Assembly: GCA_028534125.1 (NCBI GenBank) | Contig: CM052818.1 | Span: forward strand, 2,792,001 to 2,856,000 | From: Lama glama | Lineage: Eukaryota | Direction of reading: 5' to 3' | Length of the DNA: 64,000 nucleotides | Shown: piece by piece, positions 51,535 through 63,086 of the stretch | Layout: each line of letters begins with the position of its first letter | Position numbering within the stretch: the stretch's first letter is position 1 | Notes under the pieces: generated by a model | What the model saw: the letters and a program-made list of their open reading frames with translations, nothing else | What the model was told of the DNA's origin: nothing | Databases searched by the model: none | Position numbers and translations under genes: made by a program

Positions 51535-53759
51535 GTGAGCAGGCCCAGGAATGGCTCTGATGGGGGACCGCGGGCAAAGGTGGTGGCCCCATGGGCTGCG
51601 ATTTAGGGTGACCTTTGAGTGTAGCCCTCTGTAAGTCTGACCCTGTTTCTCGGCCTTGGCACCATCTTATTCTTCTACAGTTTCACACTTAGAATCAGTT
51701 TTGTAGCTTTAAAAATTTTTTTATCATTGTCTAACAACCAGCACCCAACTCTTGGGGGTCAGTGCTCAGGATGGGGAGTTGCCTGGGCTCACCAATAGGA
51801 CAGTGGGAGGAACCGTAACAGGGTATAAAGGTTCTTATCAGGCTGGGGGTGTACCTGTTACATCTAGCTGTGCCCCCCAGACATCACACAGGTAGGTCTT
51901 CTTTTCTTTCTTTCTTCAGAGGAGGGTAGTTTGCAAAGACTATGAATGTGGTCAAGTCCAGAAAGAGCCGTGGAGAGCAGGCCAAGGTCGCGTGTTAACA
52001 TGGCAGGCCTGACACCAGGGAGATCCCAAGGTGGTGTCCAGGGAGCCCCTCCTGAAGTTCTCCTAAGCAGTAAAGGATGAGATAGAGGGTGGGTAGGAAG
52101 TGTCAGTGGAACTAGAAGAGTTAGTGGAGAAGCAGTACGTAAACACGCATCCTGTAGTTTTATCAGATAACAATGTAGCGTTGGAAAAGCCAAGCACGTG
52201 CTCCTTTCAGTGTAGCGAGCCGTCAGGGGTGAGGTGGGGGCTTTGCACCGCTGACTGGACTCCACCCTTCGCAGCCCTGGGCTGTGTGCCGTTGGGTTGG
52301 GGACTTGCCTTCCGCAAACCTCCATTTCCCATTTCCTCAACTGCAGACATGGGTCTCTACATAGACCTTGTGAGGATGACCTTTCAGACAAGGAGAGGTG
52401 TGGCTGATGGTGTTTTTAGGACTCAGTTGACAGAAGTGGAGGCTAGCTGCTCCAGGATGAGTCAGCTCTTTGCAGGGCCCTTTTGGTGTCCCATCTGCCC
52501 TCTCCTGGCTGGTCTGGTCAGAGCAGCGCCCCAGGAAGGCCTGCCCTTCACTTGGGCATTATGGGGGAAAATGCGATAGTCCCAGAAGCATCACTAGTGG
52601 AGGCTCTACAAGTGGTACCTTTCTCAGTGGCTTTTAGAGGAATATGCAGGGAGGATGGTGATGAAGAGGTGTTAGAAAAAGTGATGTGAGATACTCCTCA
52701 CACCCCCTCCCCCATGTAATAAGACTGGCCCTGAACTCTGACCCCTGAATGACGTTAGAACTTGGCAGAGCCTCTGGCATGTCCACTCTGAACTCCGAAG
52801 AGTTCCCCATCTTCCTTCTGAAGAAGAGGCTTCCTTCTCGTGAAAAGGCTTTATCTCTTTGCAAAGACAGCCCAACCCTGAAAAATGAATGGAGAGAGGT
52901 GCCCGGGTGTCCCCGACAGAGTAGAGTGTGCCTCCCCCAGACTCCAGACCCTCAGAAATGGCCCGTGTGCAATTTAAGCAAAGCGAGGATGGCCACCTGG
53001 CAGCTGGGGAGATGAAAGGACAGAGCTGCCAGCCACTGGCCCGACAGCCCCGGCTGCCTCTCTTGGCCCCGCCTGCCGTCACTTTCTTTTCAGTCAGGAC
53101 CAGTCTGATGTGACCTTGTTGAAGCGCATCAGGCGATGGGGGTGGAGAACCCCCAGAAAAGCTCCAGTGGCTTCTTTTTTCAGCTGGTGGAGCAGGAAGG
53201 CTTCCAGAGGGAGAAATGAAGCTGGAAGATGTGGAAGAAAAACAGGAGAGATTAGACCAAAGGTGTGGGTGGATTAAGGCAAGGAAGAGCCCAGGTACCA
53301 GCGACCTGCAGATGCTGTTGGGACTGCAGCCCCTGGACGGGTCATATCTGGTCAAATGGCCAGCACTGAGGTTCTGTTTCCATCGTGGGACTAGTTTTCT
53401 CCCTCCATAACCTTGGCAAACAACTGGATGTGTCCGTGGTCATTTCAGTGGTTCAAGGCTAAGAGCCTATTCCATTCTCCTGGGAACAGCCTTCTCTGCT
53501 CCCCATCAGTTTGGGGTTCCAGGAAACTGGGTCATCCTCAGCAGAGAGAGGCGGCTCCCTGCTCTGCTTACAGGCAGATGAGGAGAATCTCAGGCAATTC
53601 TCCATCTGCTACCCATCGCCATGGAAACGGATAGGGGAAGAGGGAAGTGGGAGGAGACAGGGCTTGCAAGGATGTGGGCAATTCACTCCTCCTCCATGAA
53701 TGACCAGTCCCTAGGGGATATTGTTTCTCAGCCTTTCATGGTAAAACCTAAGAATTTAT

Positions 53760-54005
53760 TTATCATAAATATTTATAGGGCACTCCCTATGTACCAGGTG
53801 CTATTCTAAGTGCTTTATAAATAGTACCTTAAATAACCCTCATAAGGTAGATGCTGCTATTTTCATCTCACAGATGAGAAAACTGAGGCACAGAGAGGGT
53901 ACATAGCTGCTTAGAATCACCAGCAAGTAAGTGGCAGAGCCAGGATCCAAACGCAGGCAGCCTGGTACTCAAGTCCAGGTCCTAAACACTATGTTGCACT
54001 GCCTC
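53760..54005 (-). mobile_element. MIR SINE
   Basis: atttatagggcactccctatgtaccaggtgc...cagatgagaaaactgaggcacagagag...gtaagtggcagagccaggat. Confidence 0.85.
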
Positions 54006-55451
54006 TCATGGCAGTAAGAGTTGGTGGGAAAGGTCGGCCGACAGGCTGGGACTTCTCCTCAGGGGGCTGGCACTTCAAGTTGGGGTTTTAGGGTCCTAGG
54101 GCTGAAGCCCTGACTTGACCAGATAGGGGTCCGGATGAACGAGGTAACGGATCAGCTAACTGGGGTTTGCTGCCTTAGAGAGCGTGTTCCCGTGCACTCA
54201 GCCTCAGTGCTGGGTGTGAGGGACTTGGGAATTAGAAAACTTGGCAGCAGAGGGCAGAACGGCGACCAGTGAATGAACATAATCAAAAGGTGGTTTCACC
54301 TCAACGCAATCTCTGTCAACTCACTGTAACCACTCTAACCTTCATACAACAGCACAATAGGCTGCTTTCCCAAGCAGGGAGCTGACTACCTTCTAAGGAT
54401 ATTGGACAAAGACTCTTATTTTTGGTGGGATGATGGAATAAACAGCCTCTAAGATCTCTAAGTGTGCCAGGGTGTGGAGTCATCTTTTTAAGGTCAAAAA
54501 TAGAGGCTTCAGTGGGACATGTGTCTTGGATGACGAGGGCACAGAAAATGATTGTTCTTGCTGCTTCCTCTTCACAGTGATGGGGGTCACCTTGGAAAGG
54601 CTGCCTGGCTAACCTCCAGGAAGTCTCAGAGGGGCCATTTGTTACACTGGTGAATTCAACACACTCTGAAGTGTGTCCAGGCTCCTCATGGGTTCATAGA
54701 CCTGTGTTTGTTGGCAAGCTCAATTAGATTCTTTTATTTCCAGCTAAAAAAAAACTGGCGCAAAAACTGGAATGCTGACAGCTTTACATAATCAGAGCAG
54801 TTCCCCCACAGTAAGGAGGTTTACATTGGAATATCAAATATTGATCTGAACGCTAGCGTCTTGTGCAGCGTAAGACACTGGCTTCACTGCCTAGAATACT
54901 TGGAAACCACCATCTCTCTCTGTATCTGGACTTACCTGGGAAGTCAAATCATAGCCAGTCATGTCTGAGTGGTGGATACAGGGAGTAATGGGATGTACTT
55001 TTAGATGAGCATGAAATTAGGAAATAAGATTAGTTGGATGAATGAATGTTTTTAAGATCATTCTAAAATTGCCTGCTCTATACACACACCTCTTGCCCTA
55101 AAACTCAAAGTCCATTGCCTCTAGCCACCTGTATTGTCCCCTCCCCATGGAGCCTTGACGGTGGGACCAGTGCTGTAAGTTTGTTGGTAAAAACTTCCTC
55201 ACCCTGCACGGTGCCTGGCTGTGACTGCCAGCATCTCACCCGTCTCCTTTTTCTGAGCTTCCTTGACTGGCTAACGGAAGATTTTCTTCCTTTAGACCTG
55301 TTCGTTCACCTCAACAAGTTCATATTTCACTGGCCTAGAAGCCAGCCTCTTTTCTTCAAGTGACTTTTTTAAAATATATATTTCGAAGAGAAAAATGCAG
55401 AGAATAATATAATACACACCAGCTATTCACCACTCAGATTTAACAAATATT

Positions 55452-55549
55452 TTTAAATTAATTAATTTTTTAATGGAAGTACTGGGAATTGAACCCAGGA
55501 CCTCATGCATGCTAGGCATACACTCACCACTGAGCTATACCCTCCACCC
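55452..55549 (-). mobile_element. tRNA-derived SINE (Vic-1-like) with a ~17-bp TSD
   Basis: TSD cagatttaacaaatatt (55435-55451) / cagatttaacaaacatt (55550-55566). Confidence 0.9.
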
Positions 55550-55977
55550 CAGATTTAACAAACATTAACAGCCTTTTCCTTTGGAAGGGACAAAACATTA
55601 CAGCCAAGAATTGAAGTCCCCTTTTCTCTTCCTCCCTCCTTCCCCAAATAGACACAATATGAAGTTGGTCTGTGTCCCAGGTAATTTTTCAGTCCTCTGC
55701 ATTGTTTTATTCTCAACATTTAACACTTGCTGTGTTCTCCTAAGCGCTGACGTTAGGAAAAGCATCCCCTGGAAATGCTTGCATGCCCAGCAAGTTTGGA
55801 ATGGCTTTCCTCTGGAAGGAAAAGGCCAAATGCAGCTCACTTTTCCAGACATTTCTGTTTCTGATCTTCCCTGATCCCCAATCTCTGTCACACACTGGAG
55901 CACGGGTGAGTGTGCAGGGAGGGGTGTACACACATCCGCACACATGCACACCGAGGGCTCTCTGCTCTTTGCCACAG

Positions 55978-56154
55978 GTGTCCGCTCTGTCCAGCGCGGG
56001 TGGCGTGGAGAACCTCATCCTTCTGGAGCAGGAGAAGCACCGGCCCCACGAGGTGGGCTCCGTGCAGTGGGCGGGGAGCACCTTCGGGCCCATGCAGAAG
56101 AGCCGGCTGGGGGAGCATGAATTCGAGGCCCTCATGAGGATGCTGGACAACCTG
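55978..56154 (+). CDS. ADD2: beta-adducin coding exon 8 (177 nt)
   Basis: ttgccacag|[33 protein letters not shown]...ALMRMLDNL; donor CTG|gtgagg. Confidence 0.97.
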
Positions 56155-57089
56155 GTGAGGCCCCTGTCACTGTCCCTCCAGGCCAGTCAGTCCATTACAG
56201 ATTAGTCCCTACCCTCGAACCAGTCAGTACGAGGCATGAGGTGGGTGTGAGAAGTGCCCGCATCACAGTTAAGTTGTTACAGCCCTTTGATTGGCAATTT
56301 GACTTAGAATTGGTGGTCATTCAAGTAGTGGTTGAGTTTTCTCAAATGATCGCCTTTGCCAGCCCCTCTCTCAGGGCTGGAGCTCATCAGGCCTGCACGG
56401 TGCTCTTTGGAGAAGAGGTAAGAAGCTCCTGGTTGGTATGGGAGGTAGTAATCTAGTAAAACTCAGAACCACAGAGCCTCTCTCATATTGTGGCTTGGTT
56501 CCCTCCTCTTCTGCAGTTAGTTCTTCCTTTCTTTCTAATCTCATGACTTTAAGGCAGAAAACACATAATACCACTCATTTCCTCATTCCTGGTGAGCAGC
56601 ATTATAATAATATCCTAATGTAATAAGTGAATGAATCAGTCATGTAAGGAGTTAACCAATACGTGTCTAGGAGTGGGCTTTAAAAGAGACAGAAGAGTTA
56701 TAAGACATCCTTCCTTCTGGAGCTAATAATTTAATGGATGATATGTGACGTAAGCAGGAGATCATTCAAGAGCAAGGGGGAAGCACATACAATGAGGAGC
56801 TAATTGCCAGAAGAGACTATAACATCTTAGATTGCAGAAAAGTGAAGGTGAAACCTGTCTTTGTGACATTTCTGTATCACCCCCCCCACCTCACTGCTGC
56901 TGCTTTGGACCCTATCTTCACTGTGTCCAGGTCAGTGCAGTAATTAACCCTTTTCTTCTTGCCTCCAGTTCCTCCAGATCATTTCCTCCTGATCACCAGG
57001 CCGACCGTGAGGGTCACTTTATAATGGTGAAAGTTACGATCCACAGTGAAAATACGACTTTCATTGACATTTTGTGTTGAGTTACCTAT

Positions 57090-59220
57090 GCCTGGCTAAG
57101 ACGCCAGGACCAGATGGCTCCATGCAGAAATTCTTTCAGACCTTTAAGAAACAGACTATCCTTATGCTATGGAAACTATTTCGGAGGAGAGTGAAGAAGG
57201 AAACCAGACCGTAACAGTTAAGACACATTCAGACCAGTCTCGCCTTGTCTTGATAAAAAAACACATGAAAACCAGTGAACAATACCCAGCATAACATTAG
57301 AATAATAATGCACAATAACCAAGTGAGGGCTCACTCTTAGTATTCAAGGATGGTTCAATATTATAAATCTTTTAAATACATGTCATGATACCAATACATC
57401 AAAGGATAAAAACCTTTCTGATCACTTTAATAGCAATCAAAAGGTATTTGATAAAAATCTAATATTGATTTATAAAAATAATAGCCGTTGTGTAGGACAG
57501 GTGGCCACTTATTTAACATGATTAAAATGATTTCTTTCTCAAAACAAACACCAGTATCCTGGTGAAACACTAGAAGGATTTCCACTAAATTTTGAAACAG
57601 AACAATGATCCTGCTCTCAGCACTCTGACGAGCACTATTAATATTGTTCTGGAATAATATTGGAACTCAATCCAAGGCAGTGATGCATAAAAAATGTAGG
57701 CATACATATTGCAAAGGAAACAGAATTATTTTTCTTTTTAGTTAGTATGGTTACATGCCTATAAAGTTCAAAAGAGTCAACTGAAAAAAGTTAGAATAAC
57801 GAGTGCATTTTAAAGTGGTCAATTATGAAAATGTGTGTAAAAATTAGTAGCTTTTTGTGTCTTGACATAATAATAATATATTTGAAAATGTAATAATGAA
57901 AGAAAATAATCCTAGTTGCAAATGCAGAAAAGTCTTGAAACTTTAAGCAGAACCCATTTAAAGAAAACTGTAAAACTTTACCAAGAAACATCAGAGAAAA
58001 CCTGAGATCAGTGAAGAGCTATAATTTATTCTTGGCTACGGAAACTTCCATAGGGGAAAGAGGTCACCTATCCAAAATAATCAATAAACTCAACATCATT
58101 TCCTCAAAAGTGAGGGAAGGCATAAGGACTCAGCGAAATGTTCTTCCAGGTGAAATTCAGTGTGGATGGGAAAATCCTATAAAAAGAAGAGCAATTAAGG
58201 ATGCTTTTTCCACCACATGGCAAAGTGTGATAAGGCTTGAGTAACTAAACAGAGAAGCACTAGTCCAGGATGGACAGGCAGATCCATGCTACAGCCTAGA
58301 GAATCCAGAAATAGATCCCAAATACATGAGAATTTAACACAGGACAAACAGGCCTCTTACAAATTAGTGGGAAACTATACACTACTAGCCCTTTGGGAAC
58401 TAAAACTAAAGCTGAATACTTCCTTATTCCTCTCAACAAAATAAATTCCTGATGTGTCAAAAAATTTAAACAAAAAAAGTAAATTCATATAGGTATTAAA
58501 AAACATAGATTGATATTTTTGATGCTCTTCTATTGGGAAAGATCTTGTCAAGCATGACAGGAAAGTCAGGAATCATGATAACAAATATTGACAGGTGTGA
58601 TTACATTAAAATTCAAAATATGCGTTTTTATAAACTGCTCTACCCACCATGAACAAAGCTATAAGATAAACTATGGAGGGAAATATTTACAACATCTGTG
58701 ACAGTCAAAAGATTAATAACCTTAGTGTAAAACGAATCAATATGAAAAACATAAACACAGTAGAGAACCTAGTTTACAAAGGGAGAGATTCAACTGGCCA
58801 TTAAGTGTAATTAGAAATATCTAATCTTACTAGTAATCCAAAAAAGAATTTAAAAATTATAACTATGTGAGGTGCTGGATGTTAACTAGACTCGTGATGA
58901 TCATTTCACGATACATACAACTATTGAATCACTATGTTGTGCACTTGAAACTAATGTACTGTTACATGTCAGTTGTATCTCAGTTTTTTAAAAAGCTGCT
59001 TATGTGACACAGTCCTATTTATATACTGTAATATATATATTATATATTAATTATATAATTATAAATTACATATGTATGTATGCTTAGAAAGATAACTGGA
59101 AGGATTTTCAGTGGTTGTATCTGGGGATGCAATTTTGCATAAAACCCACTTTTTCCTCATGTTTTTTCATATTGCTTAATTTTTCTACATGGCTCTGTAC
59201 TTTCTAATCAGAAAAAAATG
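57090..59220 (+). mobile_element. decayed old L1M ORF2/3' region, with a younger L1 3' terminus at ~58860-58995
   Basis: caaggatggttcaatatt (QGWFNI), aaaggtatttgataaaa, agagaatccagaaatagatccca; many disablements. Boundaries approximate. Confidence 0.7.
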
Positions 59221-59419
59221 TCTTAATACCACTTTAATTTAAACAAAGTTAACAGGCAGAGCCGAGAATTGTTCCAGTAGCTGCCAGGATTCCTGAGTGC
59301 TCACTCTCACCGAGCAGCAGTCCGCCTTTGGGGGACATGGTCTTGCTTAGGAGACAGGGATGTTCTTGAGTCAGTCTGGGGGGTTCCAAGAGGAAATAGT
59401 CAGAAGCTTCAAAGTCAAG

Positions 59420-59590
59420 GAAGGCAAGGCTGACTGTTAGAATCGGCTGGGGAGCTTCCTAAAATCCTGTAGCCCAGACTGCACCACTGTCCAGTGAGAA
59501 GGGCAGCTCCAAGGTGGGCCCAGCCATCCGCACTTTTAAAGCTCCAGCGAGATTCCAATGTGGGGCCAGGGTTGAGAGCTACTGGACCAG
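59420..59590. mobile_element. MER5-like DNA transposon remnant
   Basis: ttagaatcggctggggagctt...ttttaaagctcc...gattccaatgtggggccagggttgagagctactg. Confidence 0.6.
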
Positions 59591-59867
59591 ACAAAAGGTT
59601 GGAGGTCTGTCTGGTCCACAGGGGTCTGGAGGCTTTCTCATCCCCGATCAGAGGGCTTGTTGGGATGGGGGAGAGGATGGATTGGAGGACGAAGACAGGG
59701 AACAATTCTGAGGTACACCAGGGATGCAGCAAGGGCTGGGTTTTATCACGGGGACTTCGGGTTAAACCGAGTCCTTTAGATGGAAGCGGGTGAAGTGTTG
59801 GGTGGGCGAGCAGGCACATACTGACCATTTTCCCCACCAAACGCGGTTCTCTTTTTGTCCTTTTTAG

Positions 59868-60125
59868 GGTTACAGAACAGGCTACACCTACCGCTACCCC
59901 TTTGTTCAAGAGAAAACCAAACACAAGAGCGAAGTGGAGATTCCAGCCACGGTCACAGCCTTCGTGTTCGAGGAGGACGGTGCCCCGGTGCCCGCGCTGC
60001 GGCAGCACGCCCAGAAGCAGCAGAAGGAGAAGACCCGCTGGCTCAACACGCCCAACACCTACCTGCGGGTCAACGTGGCCGACGAGGTCCAGAGGAGCAT
60101 GGGCAGCCCCCGGCCCAAGACCACA
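59868..60125 (+). CDS. ADD2: beta-adducin coding exon 9 (258 nt)
   Basis: cctttttag|[36 protein letters not shown]...RWLNTPNTY...SPRPKTT; donor ACA|gtaagg. Confidence 0.97.
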
Positions 60126-60687
60126 GTAAGGAGGGCAGAGGGGCCCCCGCTGGGGGGAGAGTGTCCGGCACCTGTGTGGCTAAGCAGCTTTAAAAGTGGA
60201 ACAGAACCAGCCTCCCTGAGCCAGCATTAGCAGTCTCCCCTTAGGACTCCCCACTGGGTGTCTGGGAGCAGCTGCTCGTTCCTGCAGAGCAGACCACCTG
60301 CTTTTGCACCTTTATGCTGAGTTTTGGGTCCAGAGGGTGGCTGGACCAGGTCACTCCCAGCAGCATGAAAATTTTCTCCTCCATCCAGAAGGGGCTTCTG
60401 GGATGTTCAGAGGATGGGTATTGCACATTTGAATTGTCCCTCTGATGCAAAACCAGGAGGTGGGTGAATGATACTTGTTTCTATTACGTTGTCCTCTTCC
60501 TTTAGAGCCCTCTCTCATAGAGGGGTGCTTGCTTTAGACATTCGATGTGTCTTACAGACCTGCCCATAGATTGAGTTTTTATGAATTTTTTGCTCTTTTC
60601 CTCACTCCCGCATACACACACTCTGACTCTTAATTTGATTTTCACTGATACAAAGTAGCTGACAGCCAAACAGAATAGCTCTTCATT

Positions 60688-60811
60688 AAAAAAGAGAGGA
60701 AGAGAAAGAAAGAAAGAAGGAAAGAAAGAAAGAGAGAGAGAGAGAAAGGAAGGGAGAAAGAAAGAAAGAAAGGAAGGGAGAAAGAAAGAAAGAAAGGAAG
60801 GGAGAAAGAAA
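60688..60811. repeat. complex purine-only (GAAA/GA/GGAA) repeat
   Basis: About 124 nt of only A/G on the + strand. Confidence 0.9.
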
Positions 60812-61142
60812 TTAATGACAAGAAAATGAAGCCTTGCAAATTAACATCCACAAGTCATCTAATACTAAAAATGCAAGTGGCTGCCTGTCAAAGCTGGTCA
60901 CCAAGGCTCTGTCCCTATCCTTAAGTGTTCTTTATGGCCGTTGATCTGGGGGCCGCCTTTGGCTGCTGGGCCACTTGCTGCCCATCTCTGCTCTGGGAGA
61001 CAAACGTTAAAGAGGCCCAGGAGGTGGGAACCTGTGTGTCTAGTCTTGCCGACCTTCTCAGTGGGCTGATCGGCCCAGATCTCATGGGGAGGACGGTGGG
61101 CCGTGTGCCTTTGCCTCACCCACCGGCCTTGTGTGTGTTCAG

Positions 61143-61262
61143 TGGATGAAGGCCGACGAGGTGGAGAAATCCAGCAGTGGCATGCCCATACGGATCGAAA
61201 ACCCAAACCAATTTGTGCCTCTCTATACCGACCCCCAAGAAGTGCTGGACATGCGCAACAAG
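61143..61262 (+). CDS. ADD2: beta-adducin coding exon 10 (120 nt)
   Basis: gtgttcag|[46 protein letters not shown]; donor AAG|gtaagg. Confidence 0.97.
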
Positions 61263-61664
61263 GTAAGGTGGTAGCTAATTACCCTGCCATCTCTCCTCCC
61301 TCGAGGGCGTGGGGAGGGGGATTCCCCAGGATGTGCCTGGCTTACCAACATCCCAGATGCCTCTGTGGGAAAGAATCTCCCATTTACTGGCCACACTCCA
61401 GGCCCTGTGCTAAGTGCTGTGCTTTTGTGGTCCTGTACAGAGAGGTGCTAGCTTGAGACATTAGATGTGTCTAAGAGACCTGCCCCCAAATTGCATTTTT
61501 ACACATTTTATGCTATTTCCCTTCTGAGTTATTTTCAAGATTGCAAGATCCTTTAAATTTATTTCTCCACCTCTGCTTTACAGTGCATTCACTTATCTCT
61601 CTAATGTTACTTTAAAAACCTAAGTTGTCACAGACCACCTCCAATGGGTCAGATTCGCTCACAG

Positions 61665-61830
61665 AACAGCGTTTCGATGTGTGGTCCTCTGAAGGGCTTG
61701 CTTAAAATGCAGATCCCTGGGTCACCCACCCCCGGCCCTCCTCCCACGGGACTTAGATTCAATGCGTGTGGGGTGGCCGCAGGAATCTGTAGTCTGAACA
61801 AATCCTCAGGGGCTTCATAAGAATATTAAA
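61665..61830. mobile_element. MER5-like remnant
   Basis: gtgtggtcc...gcttgcttaaaatgcagatccctggg...aggaatctgtagtctgaacaaatcctcagg. Confidence 0.55.
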
Positions 61831-61832
61831 AA

Positions 61833-62236
61833 TTTTTTTTAATTGAAGTATAGTCTATTTACAGTATTGTGTTAATTTCTGGTGTACAGCGTAGTGATTC
61901 AGTTACACATATATATATATATACTCCTTTTCGTATTCTTTTTCATTATAAGCCATTACAGGGTATTGAATGTAGTTCCCTGTGCTGTACAGTAGGACTT
62001 TGTTGTTTATCTATTTTATATATAGTAGTTAGTATCTGCTAATCCTGAGCCCCCAGTTTATCCCTCCCCACCCCCCTCCCCCAAGCCGTGGCCATAAGTT
62101 TGTTTTCTACATCTGTGAGTCTGTCTCTGTTTTGCAAATAAGTTCATTTGTGTCTTTTTTTTTTTTTTTTTAGATTCCACATGTAGGTGATAATCATATG
62201 GTATTTTTCTTTCTCTTTCTGGCTTGCTTCATTTAG
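61833..62236 (-). mobile_element. 5'-truncated L1 3' end
   Basis: Same family as 1809-2246; short (AT)n at the variable site. Confidence 0.85.
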
Positions 62237-62506
62237 CACCTCCCTCAAAGATCTACTATGCCTCGTTTCACTCTTCACCTCTTCCCATGACCTTCTGGGA
62301 GTGAATGAGAATCTGGTGTTTGCATAAACTGCTCATTCACTCTGGAGTAGCCATGGAGATTGTCTCAGGGTGGATGGACTGAGTTAGAAACAGAGGCTCG
62401 CATACCACTGAGTGACCTTTTTATTGTGCCCTGGGAATGCTCCCTCCCTAACTCCACACCCTGTCGTTGGACAGCTAGCTCACTGTCCCCCTCCCTTTGC
62501 ACACAG

Positions 62507-62596
62507 ATTCGAGAACAAAACCGACAGGACGTGAAGTCGGCAGGGCCTCAGTCCCAGCTGCTGGCGAGTGTCATCGCTGAGAAGAGCCGAAGCCCG
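62507..62596 (+). CDS. ADD2: beta-adducin coding exon 11 (90 nt, spliced form for the long isoform)
   Basis: ttgcacacag|[36 protein letters not shown]; weak donor CCG|gtacag. Confidence 0.95.
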
Positions 62597-62683
62597 GTAC
62601 AGCAGACGCTGCCCCTGTCTGGAGGGGAAACGTGTTTGCCTCCTGAGTCTGCAGTGCCCGGGGCTGGGCAGCAGGACCCCTGA
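62597..62683 (+). CDS. ADD2: read-through extension encoding the alternative C-terminus of the short (559 aa, Add63-type) beta-adducin isoform
   Basis: In-frame [31 protein letters not shown] closely resembles the recalled human short-isoform tail (VEQRLPLTGGETCLP...PGAGLQDP); 531+28 = 559 aa. Confidence 0.85.
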   Translation, partial: VQQTLPLSGGETCLPPESAVPGAGQQDP

Positions 62684-63080
62684 GTCCTCACGCCCGCCTT
62701 CCCCTGTGATCTTGGGCGCTGGTGCTCTTGCTGCAAAACGGATGCTGTGAGGACTGGGGACACTGATCATCCCCCGTGGGCACCAGGCAGGGGAAGAGCA
62801 GCCCAGCCCGCCCACGGGAGTGATGCCAACTTCCATGCTTTCCCCATGGAACTCCCCTCTGCCGTCTGTCAGGGTCGCGCAAAGTGGGATCACAGGAGTG
62901 CAGCTGGCCGCTCCCAGCGGCTCCAGGCCTGCCTTCCCTGAGCAATTCTGGCTTCTGCTCGTGGCATCATCCGTCCATAGCTCTGGGAAGATGCTCGCGT
63001 GCTCTCAGAGGGGAGATGTGTAGATAAGGACTGGTGCTCCCATAGGATGGCAAGGGGCACAGACCCACATAGAGTTAGAA

Positions 63081-63086
63081 AATAAA
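63081..63086 (+). terminator. poly(A) signal AATAAA, probably for the short ADD2 isoform
   Basis: First AATAAA I see after the 62683 stop (~400 nt downstream), followed by T/GT-rich sequence (ttgttgttttcatgtgtg). Confidence 0.65.
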
